Source: a virus. Taken from it: a stretch of DNA of 64,000 nt. Shown here piece after piece: positions 39,329 to 49,595 of this stretch. The DNA lies in IMG/VR virus record IMGVR_UViG_3300032288_004617, positions 19,541-83,540 of that record. One strand, 5' to 3'. The position numbers and the translations under genes are program-made. How positions within the stretch are numbered: the stretch's first letter is position 1; each line of letters begins with the position of its first letter. The notes under the pieces were generated by a model. It saw only the letters and a program-made list of their open reading frames with translations. It did not search any database and was not told the origin of the DNA.

Positions 39329-40000
39329 TTATATTTCGGAGAAAAGTGCATTACTTTGTATTTCATACCCTGCTACATCTCCATTTGTTGCTGAAAATTG
39401 TTTTGCCATTGCAATAATGACTTTGTTCATGACTTTATCATCGAATTCAGGATCTATGTCTACTGAAGCTGTATTGTCAAGTTTTATATACCCTTCTATA
39501 TCTAATTTCTTTGGGTATCTGTAGTAGCTAATATTTACCTTATCAATTTCAAAATCTGTTTTATAAACGGCTACTTTATTTTCTGTTGTAAGATAAAAGG
39601 TCTCTCTGTACTCAAAAGATGGCGAATTGCTGGAATCTCCTAATAGCTCTTCTATATTCTCACTCTTTACTTCAAAAGGCTTCTTTAATTTTTGAGACTT
39701 ACAATTTCCTTTTGTTGCGTAAATATGCAAGTTTGCTAAGTCAAAGTAATCTTTAGGTAAATGAAAGGTAGTATAGTTTGTTTTCTGATCAGCTTTTGCT
39801 AAATCTTTTTCTAATATTAGAAGAGGAGAGATGTAACGAATTACATCTTCACTCCTTTTCTCTAATATCCAAGATACATATCTTGTTAATGTTGTATTAA
39901 GAAGCGTAATAAATCTAGGCAAGTCAACATTGACATTATTATTAGTCATGTTTCTATTCACTGTATCTAGAAATGATACGTATACTTCTTTAATCTTCAT
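39329..40000 (-). CDS. Ring/connector protein (conserved crAss capsid-block gene)
   Basis: FHLPKDY, PSFEYRET, YYRYPKK motifs; position after MCP. Confidence 0.65.
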   Translation of the reverse strand: MKIKEVYVSFLDTVNRNMTNNNVNVDLPRFITLLNTTLTRYVSWILEKRSEDVIRYISPLLILEKDLAKADQKTNYTTFHLPKDYFDLANLHIYATKGNCKSQKLKKPFEVKSENIEELLGDSSNSPSFEYRETFYLTTENKVAVYKTDFEIDKVNISYYRYPKKLDIEGYIKLDNTASVDIDPEFDDKVMNKVIIAMAKQFSATNGDVAGYEIQSNALFSEI

Positions 40001-40955
40001 CGTCTGCTAATAATATATCTCTTTTTACAGATGCTAATGAACTATTCTTAGCAATGTTTTCTGCTGAATTTTTTAAATCTGGTCCTATTTCTTTATCTTC
40101 ATAAAAGTAAAGACCACTAATTTTTGTTACTTTACCACCTTTTTTGTAAGCATCTCTAATAGCCTGATAAATTGTGATTTTTTCTAACCCAACTTTTGTC
40201 TCAGACTCTTCAACTAATTTATTAAAGGCAGTTGTTTTATCGTCATTCTCTCCAGTTAAATAGTCGTTAAACATTCCTATTAAAACTGAATCCTCAATAG
40301 AGGATGAGAAATTCATTCCTGTGTAATGTAGAATTGCTACAAGTCTTGGTTTATCTGTTTTCAATAATGCTGTAAAAGCACCAATTGCAGCAAACTTAGC
40401 TAATGCTCTCTCATCTTTAATTTTGATATCTTTACTAATATCAATAACTACATAAGAAGAATCATTGTATCTTGTATTTCCTTCTTGTCCTTTTGGTGTA
40501 ACTTGTTTTGTTAATAATCCAAAATAAAGCTCCATTCTATCAATAGGATCAAGTGTATTGTATGTTTTCTTAGAATAAACTTTAAAATTAGTTTTATCAA
40601 AGAATGCATTATTATTTAACTCAAAAGCCAGATCATCGCCTATTGCATGTCTGTAAGGTAATAATAGATTTTTCTTTAGACCTGTAACTAGAGTTTTAAT
40701 CTCTGTTGCATCTGTGTCTCTATAGCATGGAGAGTATTCATAGAAACCTGTATCCCAAGTCCCTGTTCTTCCACCATCTCTACTTACAAAGCTTACTTGA
40801 AATGATTCAGATACTCCTCTTGAAGGAAGTTTTGTGACTCCTGCTTTGATGTACCCCGTTGGTGCATCCATATCCTTTTTGTCTTTGATGACGTAAGTTG
40901 AGTTTTCTTTAACTTCAAATCCGTCAATGACAAATAATGTTTTTCTTGTTGACAT
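39990..40955 (-). CDS. Conserved crAss-like protein downstream of MCP
   Basis: ATG at 40955 preferred because the track's TTG lies in the promoter -7 box; synteny. Confidence 0.6.
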   Translation of the reverse strand: MSTRKTLFVIDGFEVKENSTYVIKDKKDMDAPTGYIKAGVTKLPSRGVSESFQVSFVSRDGGRTGTWDTGFYEYSPCYRDTDATEIKTLVTGLKKNLLLPYRHAIGDDLAFELNNNAFFDKTNFKVYSKKTYNTLDPIDRMELYFGLLTKQVTPKGQEGNTRYNDSSYVVIDISKDIKIKDERALAKFAAIGAFTALLKTDKPRLVAILHYTGMNFSSSIEDSVLIGMFNDYLTGENDDKTTAFNKLVEESETKVGLEKITIYQAIRDAYKKGGKVTKISGLYFYEDKEIGPDLKNSAENIAKNSSLASVKRDILLADDED

Positions 40956-40973
40956 TCTTGGTTTATTTTTGTT

Positions 40974-41020
40974 CAAATTTACTTACAAGAAGCATCCTTT
41001 ACAAAAATATAAGATTTTCT
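40974..41020 (-). promoter_or_regulatory. Bacteroidota -33/-7 promoter
   Basis: TTTG-N20-TAAATTTG. Confidence 0.75.
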
Positions 41021-41030
41021 AAAACTATTT

Positions 41031-41050
41031 GGGGAGATATTTCACTCCCC
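41031..41050 (-). terminator. Hairpin after MCP (weak terminator or mRNA stabiliser)
   Basis: GGGGAG-N8-CTCCCC with a poor U-tract on the minus strand. Confidence 0.5.
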
Positions 41051-41078
41051 TTTTAGTTTTATGGTTAGGTTTGATATC

Positions 41079-42773
41079 TTAACCTCTTCCTTTTTCTTGT
41101 AACTCAATAGTTACGTATCTTGTAGTATCTAATACTAAAGCAGAAGATTGAGAAGTTGCCCAGAATGTTCTACCCATTTGTTTGATAGAAGAAGCAACGT
41201 TTTCAAATTGATCTTTATTAGCTGTACGTCCTTGCTCGTATCCGTATGTTACGTGAGGTTGCCCTTCAGGTTTAACATAGTAGATATTAGCTTGTTGTGA
41301 ACCACCTTCAACCAATTTAGCGTTTTTCACTTTGCTAGTTACATTAGAGTATTCTGGACTAGTAACATCCCAAATAACTAATGAGTTAGATGTGTGTGCA
41401 AAACCTTCTGAATAGAATCCTGAAGAGAATCTGTCTGTGCTTGGCATATAATCTAAAGAGTCATCGTGCTCAACTGTAACTTTTCCAACTCCTGGGAATT
41501 GTACTTCTGTAATTGCTACTGCAGCTAAAGATAAGTTATTCAATGATCCTGAGAATACTTTTGATGGTAATTGTCCATCAGTACCGATTAAACCTGCTGG
41601 TAAACCATTCAATTGGCTAATAGCGTGTTCACGGAATAATTGTAACATATTTTGGTAAGCTAACCAACCTGCTTTAAATTTAACAGAACGTTGTCCTACT
41701 GGAATATCAGAATTTTGGTAGATGTAAGAAACTGCTTCATAAATATGATCTAAAGTGATACCACCTTGTCTTGCATATTTAATCAATTTACCTCTACGGA
41801 TTTGATGCCATACACCCTCATTTACACGCTTAACTCCATTAGCAGTATTAACTGTTGCAGCTTTAGCGAATAAAAGCTCGTTTGCTTCCATTTGAGATAA
41901 TTCCATCAATGCTAAGTATTCTAATGTAGAACCAATCATCATTGGATTTAAAGTACCATTAGGATTTTTCTTAGCTACGAACATACCGTTTTTACCACCC
42001 ATTGCTTCTAACTGAGCATTGATTTTATCAGATACACCGTTAGCAAATCCTGTAAGACCTGGAGACTTCATTCTAGCAGCTTTACCTGTAACGAAAGTCT
42101 CAATTCCTCTTGGATCAGATAATAAGAACTCATTAGTAATTGTTCCTGTAGGATCTTTAACTAAAGATAAAGTTGAGAATGCAGTGTCGAATTCAGCAAT
42201 TTTGTTAGTCAACTTAATCCACTCTCTACCAGCTCTTAAATACTCTTTAGGGAAATATTTAGATTTGTCATTAGTTTGCATTGTAACATAGTGCTTGAAG
42301 TTTTCTCCAACTTGCTCTACATCATGTTCTGCAGAAACCATAACTTGTTCTCCATAAACAGGATCGTAAGTTAAAATATCTCCTTTAGTAAACTCTTGGT
42401 TTAATACTAAAACAAAAATACCATTGTCAATACCTGGGAAGTCATACTCAGCTGAAGTATCTTCTGCAGTATAACATTTAACCTCTGAACGGTCAACTGG
42501 TAAATCATAAGTGATTGATTGTCCTTCAGCAACCTCTAATACTGCAGCTTGAGAGAATAAATCTTTCAAGAATGGCATAGATTTTTTGTGAGATGTTGCA
42601 AATAAGTTAATCAAACCTAAATGTTTTTTGTGTGAATTATTATCATCCATTAAGTATGTAGAAACCTTTGCAGAGTCCATCCAACCTAAAGTCTTTAATT
42701 CTTTCACGTTTGTAAATCCAACAACGTAATCACCGTTGATAGACTCATGTAAATCGAATCTGTTTTGAGACAT
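41079..42773 (-). CDS. Major capsid protein
   Basis: 564 aa; order TerL-portal-acidic protein-MCP; biased codon usage; EANELLF, EGVWHQIRRG, GKVTVEHDDSLD. Confidence 0.8.
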   Translation of the reverse strand: MSQNRFDLHESINGDYVVGFTNVKELKTLGWMDSAKVSTYLMDDNNSHKKHLGLINLFATSHKKSMPFLKDLFSQAAVLEVAEGQSITYDLPVDRSEVKCYTAEDTSAEYDFPGIDNGIFVLVLNQEFTKGDILTYDPVYGEQVMVSAEHDVEQVGENFKHYVTMQTNDKSKYFPKEYLRAGREWIKLTNKIAEFDTAFSTLSLVKDPTGTITNEFLLSDPRGIETFVTGKAARMKSPGLTGFANGVSDKINAQLEAMGGKNGMFVAKKNPNGTLNPMMIGSTLEYLALMELSQMEANELLFAKAATVNTANGVKRVNEGVWHQIRRGKLIKYARQGGITLDHIYEAVSYIYQNSDIPVGQRSVKFKAGWLAYQNMLQLFREHAISQLNGLPAGLIGTDGQLPSKVFSGSLNNLSLAAVAITEVQFPGVGKVTVEHDDSLDYMPSTDRFSSGFYSEGFAHTSNSLVIWDVTSPEYSNVTSKVKNAKLVEGGSQQANIYYVKPEGQPHVTYGYEQGRTANKDQFENVASSIKQMGRTFWATSQSSALVLDTTRYVTIELQEKGRG

Positions 42774-42799
42774 ATTTATTTATATTAATTTATTAGTTA

Positions 42800-43966
42800 C
42801 TATTTTAAATCTTCAAGCCTTACAGCTTTATTTGTATTAACCGGTGCAGAAAGGCTAGATGCAGAATCAGTTCTTCTGATAATCTTTAGCTTTCTTGCTC
42901 CTTCTAATTGTTTTTCAACCACTGCTTTCTTTGTTACTTGTTTGATAAACTCTTCTTTATCAGTCATAAACAACATCAGCTCGGCAGCTTTTTCAGGGTT
43001 CAATCTCATCTCATTGTAGACGATATCCATCTCGTACTTACCTTCCTTATTAGCTTTAGTTGCAAAATCTACTAACTTTGTTTTAGCTTTATCATTTAAC
43101 TCAAAAACATTCCCAAGAGTAGTTTTAATATCAGTTTTATACTTTTTAAATAACTCTTCTCGTTCTTTTTTATCCTGTTCTGATTTCAAAACTTCTGCTT
43201 TAACCTTTGCATCAATAGCTGTTCTCAACGATGCATCAGCTTCTTCAGCCATCTCTGCTAAAATTCCTTCAGACTCATAAGACTTTATCAATCTATTTAT
43301 ATCAGCTTCAGTCTGTCCTGCAGCTTGATTTCTTAAAAAGATAACTGTCTTTTGATCCTCTACACTTTCCAGATCTAATCCTTCTAAAGGATCAGAGAAT
43401 TTCTGTTTAATGTCAAGTAAATCTTTTAAAGATCCTCCGTTATTCTCAACTTCAATTAAATTCTTAGTAAATTCAGAAACACCATCTAATGAAATTTTAT
43501 TCTTAGTAGCTGATTCTTGAATCTCATCAATCTTTGATTGAAATATTGACTTAAAAGTTTCTTCATCAAATTCAATATCATCAATTGAAACCTCCTGCTC
43601 TACTCCGTCAACCTCTTGTATGATTGATCCGATCTCATCACCCCATAAACTTTTTAAAGTGTTACGGTAGATTTTAGAGCTTTCAGGTTCAATTTCTGTA
43701 TTTTCAACTTTTGTTTCAAAGTCTAAAATTGAATCATTTTCAGATTTTTCTTCATTTAAAGTTGGTTTCTCTTCAGTTGTAGAACTAATGTTCTCTGATT
43801 TGTCAACATCTCCAAAATCAAAACCTGGTAATAATGGCTCTTCATTTTTTAAACTGTCTGAAATAACCTTTGTTACTTCTTCAGCAGACTCTGTTTTTGT
43901 AATTGGTGCATTGTTCTCAAGTAAATCTTGTAAAGATACTACACCTGCACTTCCTTCATTTTGCAT
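42800..43966 (-). CDS. Acidic scaffold-like protein
   Basis: Very acidic, helical; lies between portal and MCP. Confidence 0.6.
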   Translation of the reverse strand: MQNEGSAGVVSLQDLLENNAPITKTESAEEVTKVISDSLKNEEPLLPGFDFGDVDKSENISSTTEEKPTLNEEKSENDSILDFETKVENTEIEPESSKIYRNTLKSLWGDEIGSIIQEVDGVEQEVSIDDIEFDEETFKSIFQSKIDEIQESATKNKISLDGVSEFTKNLIEVENNGGSLKDLLDIKQKFSDPLEGLDLESVEDQKTVIFLRNQAAGQTEADINRLIKSYESEGILAEMAEEADASLRTAIDAKVKAEVLKSEQDKKEREELFKKYKTDIKTTLGNVFELNDKAKTKLVDFATKANKEGKYEMDIVYNEMRLNPEKAAELMLFMTDKEEFIKQVTKKAVVEKQLEGARKLKIIRRTDSASSLSAPVNTNKAVRLEDLK

Positions 43967-43967
43967 A

Positions 43968-43999
43968 CAAATTTATTTTTTGGTTTTTATTTTAACAAA
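43968..43999 (-). promoter_or_regulatory. Bacteroidota -33/-7 promoter
   Basis: TTTG-N20-TAAATTTG. Confidence 0.65.
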
Positions 44000-44053
44000 T
44001 TGATATTCAATTCATACAACTATTTTCATAATTATAAGAAAATATACAATATT

Positions 44054-46801
44054 CTAATTTTTATTAATTGCTGCTATATACTCACCACTTTGGCGAGTTT
44101 TAGATTTCTCTTCTAATGCTCTAGCTTTTAATTCTAAGTCCTTAAGTTTCAATTCTCTAGCATCATTCATTTGCTGTTCTCTTAACTTAAAATTATTAGC
44201 ATCACTTTCCATTCTATGATTTAATTCTAGATTTTTTATAGATTGATTAGCTTGTTCACTGATATATTCCATACTATTTGGATCTGTTTTCATATCAGCA
44301 GCTCTACCCATTGCTTGTATCTTTTCTTGCTCTAATCTAGATTCTCTATCTTTTTGTTTAGACATTTCTTGTCTCTCCCACTCTTTTTGATTATTTTGAT
44401 CAATCATTTGTTGCTGTTGTGCAGCTTGTTGTGATTGTGAATCTTGTGCTTGTTGTTGTTCTTTCTGTCTTGCTTTTCTTTCCATATTAGCAATTTCTAC
44501 AACTTCAGACCAAGAATCTGAACCTATTAACCTTGCTAATTCTAATGTATCTGATCCTGTTGTATTATTAGAAATAAGTAAGTTCTTAAATGTTTCAAGA
44601 TTTTTTCTCTTCTTACTATCTGAAGTAACAATCATTCCAAGTCTTCGTAAAGGAAACTCAGGATCTGTCATCTTTAAAAATTGAATTGATCCATCAGACT
44701 TTGTATAGTAAAGAGATAAATCTTTTTTATTAGACTGACAATATTGTGCTACAGATAAATGTAGCTCTAAAGCTCCTTTATGGAAATTTGAGAACTCCTC
44801 ATGTACTCCTGATATTTGAGCTACATTTGATTCATTACTTAATCTAACTCCCTCAGCAGTTTCATACTTTGTCGGTTGATTTAATATTGGATTTATTCCA
44901 ATCAGTTCATAAGCTTTCTTTTGAAAGAAATCTGCTAATTGAACTCTACTTGCAATCTCTTGTGCATGTGAGATATTAATTGCTTGTATTGGATTGGCAT
45001 TATTCATTGTCTTCTGAGAATCGAGCGAGAAATTAACTGGCATAAGTCCTACAGATTTTGCTGTATTTCTCATAGCCATTAATGCACTTTCTGCATCTCC
45101 CCATCCTTCATACTCAGAAGGAATTAAATCAGTACTCATTAATAGTACCATACCCAATTCCTTTTCAATCAATGCACCAATCTGATTCATACAAAGATTA
45201 TACTTTGCTTGGAATGGTAAAAACTTACCTACAGTTGATACACCGGCTTTACCTGCAACAGGTAATAAAGTATCGTATTCCGAATCCCCTTGAATTTGAT
45301 GCTCCATAGGAGTTACATCTATATAAATAGGTTCAGACAAATTTCCACTTTGAATTTTTACACCGTAATATGTGACAGGTTTATATTGCCATTTTAATGT
45401 TCCTGGTTCAAAATTCGTTATAATATCGTGAATGCTTTGTTTAAAAGTTTGCTTAATATTATTATCCTTTAAGAAATCTTTTAGAATATCTTCTGTTACT
45501 TCTTCTGTAACAACTCTTCCATAATCATTTTCATATGTTAGGTATCCCCATAAATCATATGCTTTAAAATATACTTCAGTTACTTGACATAAATCTCTTC
45601 TATGGATAAAGTCATCTCTTAGTAATCTAGCCAATGAATTGTGTATACCAACATTTCCATCTGCCATTCTAGGTAAATACCTTTCTTTTACAGAAGATGA
45701 TCCATCTTTATTAAAAACAGTTTCAATACCCATTGGTGTATCTAACTCATCCTGTAAGTTCAACATGAAGTTGTAATCATGATACCCTTTAAAAGGTACT
45801 GTCTCTAATTGAAGGAAATTTGAATTAATTGCTTGTTCTACAGTTCCTGAAACAACTCCTGCTGATACAAAATTGTCCCAAGTTGTATTTCCACCTAAAA
45901 GTTCTTTTTGTTTTTCTGCTGAAATTTTATGTCCATACTCTGAAATACACTCACTTGGTGTTTTCGGTACAACTCTTCCAACATACTCTCCTTTTTGAAT
46001 ATCCTCTAATTCAATCTCTTTAGAGAAGAATGTAACTTTTGGACTCCAGTTATTAGGTTGGTATTTATCGTGGTATATTTTATACTCTCTAAAACATCTT
46101 CCTGATGTTAAGTAGTCTTTTAGAGATTGTTTATTTAACTTTAATAGATTGAATCTTTCTTCATCATGCTCTAATGTAGCTTCACCCCAAACAACACCAT
46201 TTGTTTTAAATCCTTTATTCTTAGAATCTTCGTTTGCTTTTGTTGTAAACTCGTTTCTAGCTTCTTCTAATTGACTAAGATATTGTTGTTGTTCTTCTTC
46301 AGAAGAAAATTGTTTACCTTCTGTAGTAAGTCCATTTTCTGCTAAGTGTGTCTCTACATAATTATCAACTACTTCTTTAAGAAGTTTTTTAATTTGATCA
46401 TCTTTATATCTTATGAAATCATTCTTTGCGACTTCTCCGGTATCTTGTACATGAAACTTATCTTGCAAATCAACATACTTATCAACAATAGTGTTTACTA
46501 CAATACTCGTAATATCATAATGTTTTAAAAATGTAGGGATTCCTACACCGTCTAATAAATTTTCTAATCCCTTTAAATGTGGGACTACTTCAGAAAGCTC
46601 TTGGTAAGACATCTTACCCTCAACCATTCTATAGTTATCAAAAAAACTTAAGTTCTCATGGATTTGTTTCAAACCAATATGCTCAAAAGAGTCCATTACA
46701 GCTTTCTTCCATTTATCCGTATCCTTTACCTTTTTAGGTACAGTCATTGGAGGAAGTAAATCTGTTCTACTAAGTGAATCTAAAAAAGACGTATTCATCA
46801 T
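44054..46801 (-). CDS. Portal protein
   Basis: 915 aa; LKHYDI, PFQAKYNLCMNQI, Gln-rich coiled-coil C-terminus; directly after TerL. Confidence 0.85.
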   Translation of the reverse strand: MMNTSFLDSLSRTDLLPPMTVPKKVKDTDKWKKAVMDSFEHIGLKQIHENLSFFDNYRMVEGKMSYQELSEVVPHLKGLENLLDGVGIPTFLKHYDITSIVVNTIVDKYVDLQDKFHVQDTGEVAKNDFIRYKDDQIKKLLKEVVDNYVETHLAENGLTTEGKQFSSEEEQQQYLSQLEEARNEFTTKANEDSKNKGFKTNGVVWGEATLEHDEERFNLLKLNKQSLKDYLTSGRCFREYKIYHDKYQPNNWSPKVTFFSKEIELEDIQKGEYVGRVVPKTPSECISEYGHKISAEKQKELLGGNTTWDNFVSAGVVSGTVEQAINSNFLQLETVPFKGYHDYNFMLNLQDELDTPMGIETVFNKDGSSSVKERYLPRMADGNVGIHNSLARLLRDDFIHRRDLCQVTEVYFKAYDLWGYLTYENDYGRVVTEEVTEDILKDFLKDNNIKQTFKQSIHDIITNFEPGTLKWQYKPVTYYGVKIQSGNLSEPIYIDVTPMEHQIQGDSEYDTLLPVAGKAGVSTVGKFLPFQAKYNLCMNQIGALIEKELGMVLLMSTDLIPSEYEGWGDAESALMAMRNTAKSVGLMPVNFSLDSQKTMNNANPIQAINISHAQEIASRVQLADFFQKKAYELIGINPILNQPTKYETAEGVRLSNESNVAQISGVHEEFSNFHKGALELHLSVAQYCQSNKKDLSLYYTKSDGSIQFLKMTDPEFPLRRLGMIVTSDSKKRKNLETFKNLLISNNTTGSDTLELARLIGSDSWSEVVEIANMERKARQKEQQQAQDSQSQQAAQQQQMIDQNNQKEWERQEMSKQKDRESRLEQEKIQAMGRAADMKTDPNSMEYISEQANQSIKNLELNHRMESDANNFKLREQQMNDARELKLKDLELKARALEEKSKTRQSGEYIAAINKN

Positions 46802-46805
46802 TGTA

Positions 46806-46852
46806 CAAACTTACTAATTGTAGATTTCATATTAAAAAACATAAGATTTTTC
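46806..46852 (-). promoter_or_regulatory. Putative promoter of the portal gene
   Basis: TAAGTTTG 4 nt before ATG; upstream AAAAATCTTATGTTTTTTA. Confidence 0.6.
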
Positions 46853-46856
46853 ACCA

Positions 46857-48905
46857 TTAAAAGGCACTTGGTCTCTTTGATCCAAAGACAGATAGTCCTA
46901 CCTTTTTAGGTCCTGAAATATTATTATATTCAGCGGTTTTTCTCTTTTCTGTAGGTCTAACATTGTTCTTGTCTAACTCTCTTGCATAAGCTAATGCATG
47001 CATAAATGCAGTGATTCTATCGAAGTTACCTCCTTTTCTATAAGAAAGCATTTCTTTTAGAAGAGCTATATCTAGAATATACTCAACTCCGTATTTAATT
47101 AACTCGTTCCCATCTTCATCAATCCCAATCACATGCTCTTCCTTACAATAGTCTATAAGCATGTTAAACATATAAGCCTTATTACCTCCTGTAGGATAGA
47201 TACCGAATTTTGAGTTTAACTTTACGTTTCCATTTTGTGATGAGTTAGAAAAAGATATTGATGGTGCTAATAATTGTTCAGATTTATATTTAGTGTCTAA
47301 AAACTGTTTAAAACTGACATCGACAGCCTCCATCATACAAATTGCATTAAATGCTTCAATCAAGGTCTCTCCTGTTTTATGAAAGTCAGAATGTCTAAAT
47401 GGTCTTGCTACATATGATGCTGCAATTGTCTCACAAGGTGAGTTCATTTCTAAGTTTCTTCTCTTAAGTACATAAAATGAACCAAGAGAATCTGTATCAG
47501 ATTGGTCTAATTTATAATCATCGAGTCCTGAAACATGAGTATATTTTGGTGGAGTAGTTTCAGGAAGTTCTCCAAATAAAAGAATTGGAGCATCTGCTTC
47601 TCCACCTCCATGGGAAACCTCTGCTAGTTTTTTTGCAGAAAATTCCTGTTTATACTCTCCATTGTGCTTGTAGATATTTACACTCTTTCCTGTTATGCCT
47701 TCATCCTCTAATTTTCTTATATGCTTATCAATAACAGCTGTAGGAAATGGATTGGAAGAAGCTGTTATAAATACATCTGCAATTTCTAATGGAAAGTACA
47801 TTCTATTTCTTTCTCTATCCTCTTCCTTTTTAAATGCATTATTTTTATCTTTTATAAAAGTAGATGCTTTCTCCCAATCTGTTGCATTTACTTTTATCTT
47901 CTCCAGATCATTATTTTCAATATCTAGGTATTCTGCTAAATTTATGGCTTTTTTAGGTACAGGTAGACGATAAGACATCTGTCCTGGAACAAATGTGCAG
48001 AAGCTCTCTTTCTTACTCCTCTCCCATGTTATAAACTCAGGATCAACTTTCCTATCTAATGTATCCCAATTCATAGGTAGCATGTCATAAGCTTCAGGAT
48101 TTGATAATACATCCTTCGCATCTTTACTAAGATCCTGATTACCAGAAGTACCACTTAAAATAGGTACAAGCTTCATACCATATTGAGTCTTAAATGAAGG
48201 AAGTGCTGATTGTAGTACTTTTTTAAAACCCCACTTTCCACACTCATCAAGGATAAATCCTACAGGAGATAAACCTGCACCTTTTTCAGAAGAGTTATCT
48301 GTACCCCCAGATCCGTTAGTTATTGATATATGAGAATGTGGTAACCTGAAACCATCTTTCTCTTTAATGCCTAATTCAACTTTATTATCCCACTCTTGTA
48401 TTAATTGAGGTATATACATTGCAGGGCTTACATTATTAAACCCTACTTTTAAAAGAGTTGATATAGCTTTTAAATCTCCATCATTACCTCCCATAACAGA
48501 AGTAGTACCATTAGCTTTAGTTGAATTTAACCAAGTAATCAAAGATGCTAACATACTAGATTTTGTAAAACCACGACATCCAAAAAGCATTAATCCTAAA
48601 CCTTTAGCTTCAGCTTCTTCATAATTCTCCATAACAAATAACATATTGTCATCTAGTGGAGGATTCATTATAAGCTCTTTACCATCTTTTGTTGGGATAG
48701 GTGTCTTAAAGAAGTTTAAATGCCAATATAACCAAGGGTGAATATGATACCCACCGATAGTTATACCTTCTGTAATTTTTCTCTTTTCCTCTAAATAAAA
48801 ATCTATTACATCTATTTGCTGATCAAAAAAGTTTTTTCTAGGATTCCACTTTGGAGGATTCTTAATATTTATGAAAAGTTCATTAGATGTTAGAAATTGA
48901 GACAT
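46857..48905 (-). CDS. terL: Terminase large subunit
   Basis: Walker A-like GCRGFTKSS, Walker B FILDECGK, coupling motif SGTSG, nuclease GLDDY..DSLGS and NFDRI. Confidence 0.9.
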   Translation of the reverse strand: MSQFLTSNELFINIKNPPKWNPRKNFFDQQIDVIDFYLEEKRKITEGITIGGYHIHPWLYWHLNFFKTPIPTKDGKELIMNPPLDDNMLFVMENYEEAEAKGLGLMLFGCRGFTKSSMLASLITWLNSTKANGTTSVMGGNDGDLKAISTLLKVGFNNVSPAMYIPQLIQEWDNKVELGIKEKDGFRLPHSHISITNGSGGTDNSSEKGAGLSPVGFILDECGKWGFKKVLQSALPSFKTQYGMKLVPILSGTSGNQDLSKDAKDVLSNPEAYDMLPMNWDTLDRKVDPEFITWERSKKESFCTFVPGQMSYRLPVPKKAINLAEYLDIENNDLEKIKVNATDWEKASTFIKDKNNAFKKEEDRERNRMYFPLEIADVFITASSNPFPTAVIDKHIRKLEDEGITGKSVNIYKHNGEYKQEFSAKKLAEVSHGGGEADAPILLFGELPETTPPKYTHVSGLDDYKLDQSDTDSLGSFYVLKRRNLEMNSPCETIAASYVARPFRHSDFHKTGETLIEAFNAICMMEAVDVSFKQFLDTKYKSEQLLAPSISFSNSSQNGNVKLNSKFGIYPTGGNKAYMFNMLIDYCKEEHVIGIDEDGNELIKYGVEYILDIALLKEMLSYRKGGNFDRITAFMHALAYARELDKNNVRPTEKRKTAEYNNISGPKKVGLSVFGSKRPSAF

Positions 48906-48907
48906 AA

Positions 48908-49372
48908 TTAAATATTATTAAACATTATTTTTAAATTATCTTCTGTTAAATGTTTTTCTGTTGTAGACTCCATAAATTTTGCAATGATTTCAGGTTGCAA
49001 TTCTATTAACTCACCATTCTTAACAGAATAAAATAATCTTGACACTTGTGTAATATTCTCAAGAATAAGTGTATCTTCTGGATCCAGGTATGACATATCA
49101 ATTTCCATCACTGTCGCAAGATTTGTCAACACAGTTATTCTATTCATCAACCCTTCTAAATCTTTAATAGCTAAAGTTGTAAACTGTTGTCCATGAGCAA
49201 TCTCTAATAAAAGACCTCTCATATCATCAAAAGTAACTGATGGATTATTCTTTTTATATTCAACTACCTCTTGTTGTTTTTTAAAATTCTCTGATAAAGA
49301 TTTATCAATAACTTTAGATGTTTCCAAATACTCACTGATTTGGCTCTTAACGAATTCTTGTAACTTTTCCAT
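48908..49372 (-). CDS. Hypothetical protein
   Basis: Tightly packed ORF upstream of TerL. Confidence 0.6.
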   Translation of the reverse strand: MEKLQEFVKSQISEYLETSKVIDKSLSENFKKQQEVVEYKKNNPSVTFDDMRGLLLEIAHGQQFTTLAIKDLEGLMNRITVLTNLATVMEIDMSYLDPEDTLILENITQVSRLFYSVKNGELIELQPEIIAKFMESTTEKHLTEDNLKIMFNNI

Positions 49373-49373
49373 A

Positions 49374-49592
49374 TTAATTATACTTATTTAATTTTTGTGA
49401 TTCCTTTTTTAATGCTTTCTCTGCTGCTGAATAGAAGTCTTCATCTGTTATCGACAATAAATCTGACTTACTGAATTTTTCAAATCCATCCATATTCTTT
49501 AAAACTGCTAAAACTGTTTGTGAAAAAGTGTAGTCAGGTATTAATGCCCTAAACTCTTCCATCTTTCCATCTACTAAAACTCTGTAATTCAT
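49374..49592 (-). CDS. Hypothetical protein
   Basis: Tightly packed ORF. Confidence 0.55.
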   Translation of the reverse strand: MNYRVLVDGKMEEFRALIPDYTFSQTVLAVLKNMDGFEKFSKSDLLSITDEDFYSAAEKALKKESQKLNKYN

Positions 49593-49595
49593 TTT

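Noticed and set aside
51-47973. Short plus-strand ORFs in the track within the virion module (e.g. 51-317, 754-1011, 4041-4550, 14321-14740), and minus-strand ORFs 51760-52227, 53839-54048, 61967-62200, 63209-63400
   Set aside because: They are antisense shadows of longer genes with recognisable motifs.
41079-48905. Introns or inteins in TerL, portal or MCP
   Set aside because: The ORFs are continuous, with no intein splice motifs or embedded endonuclease seen.
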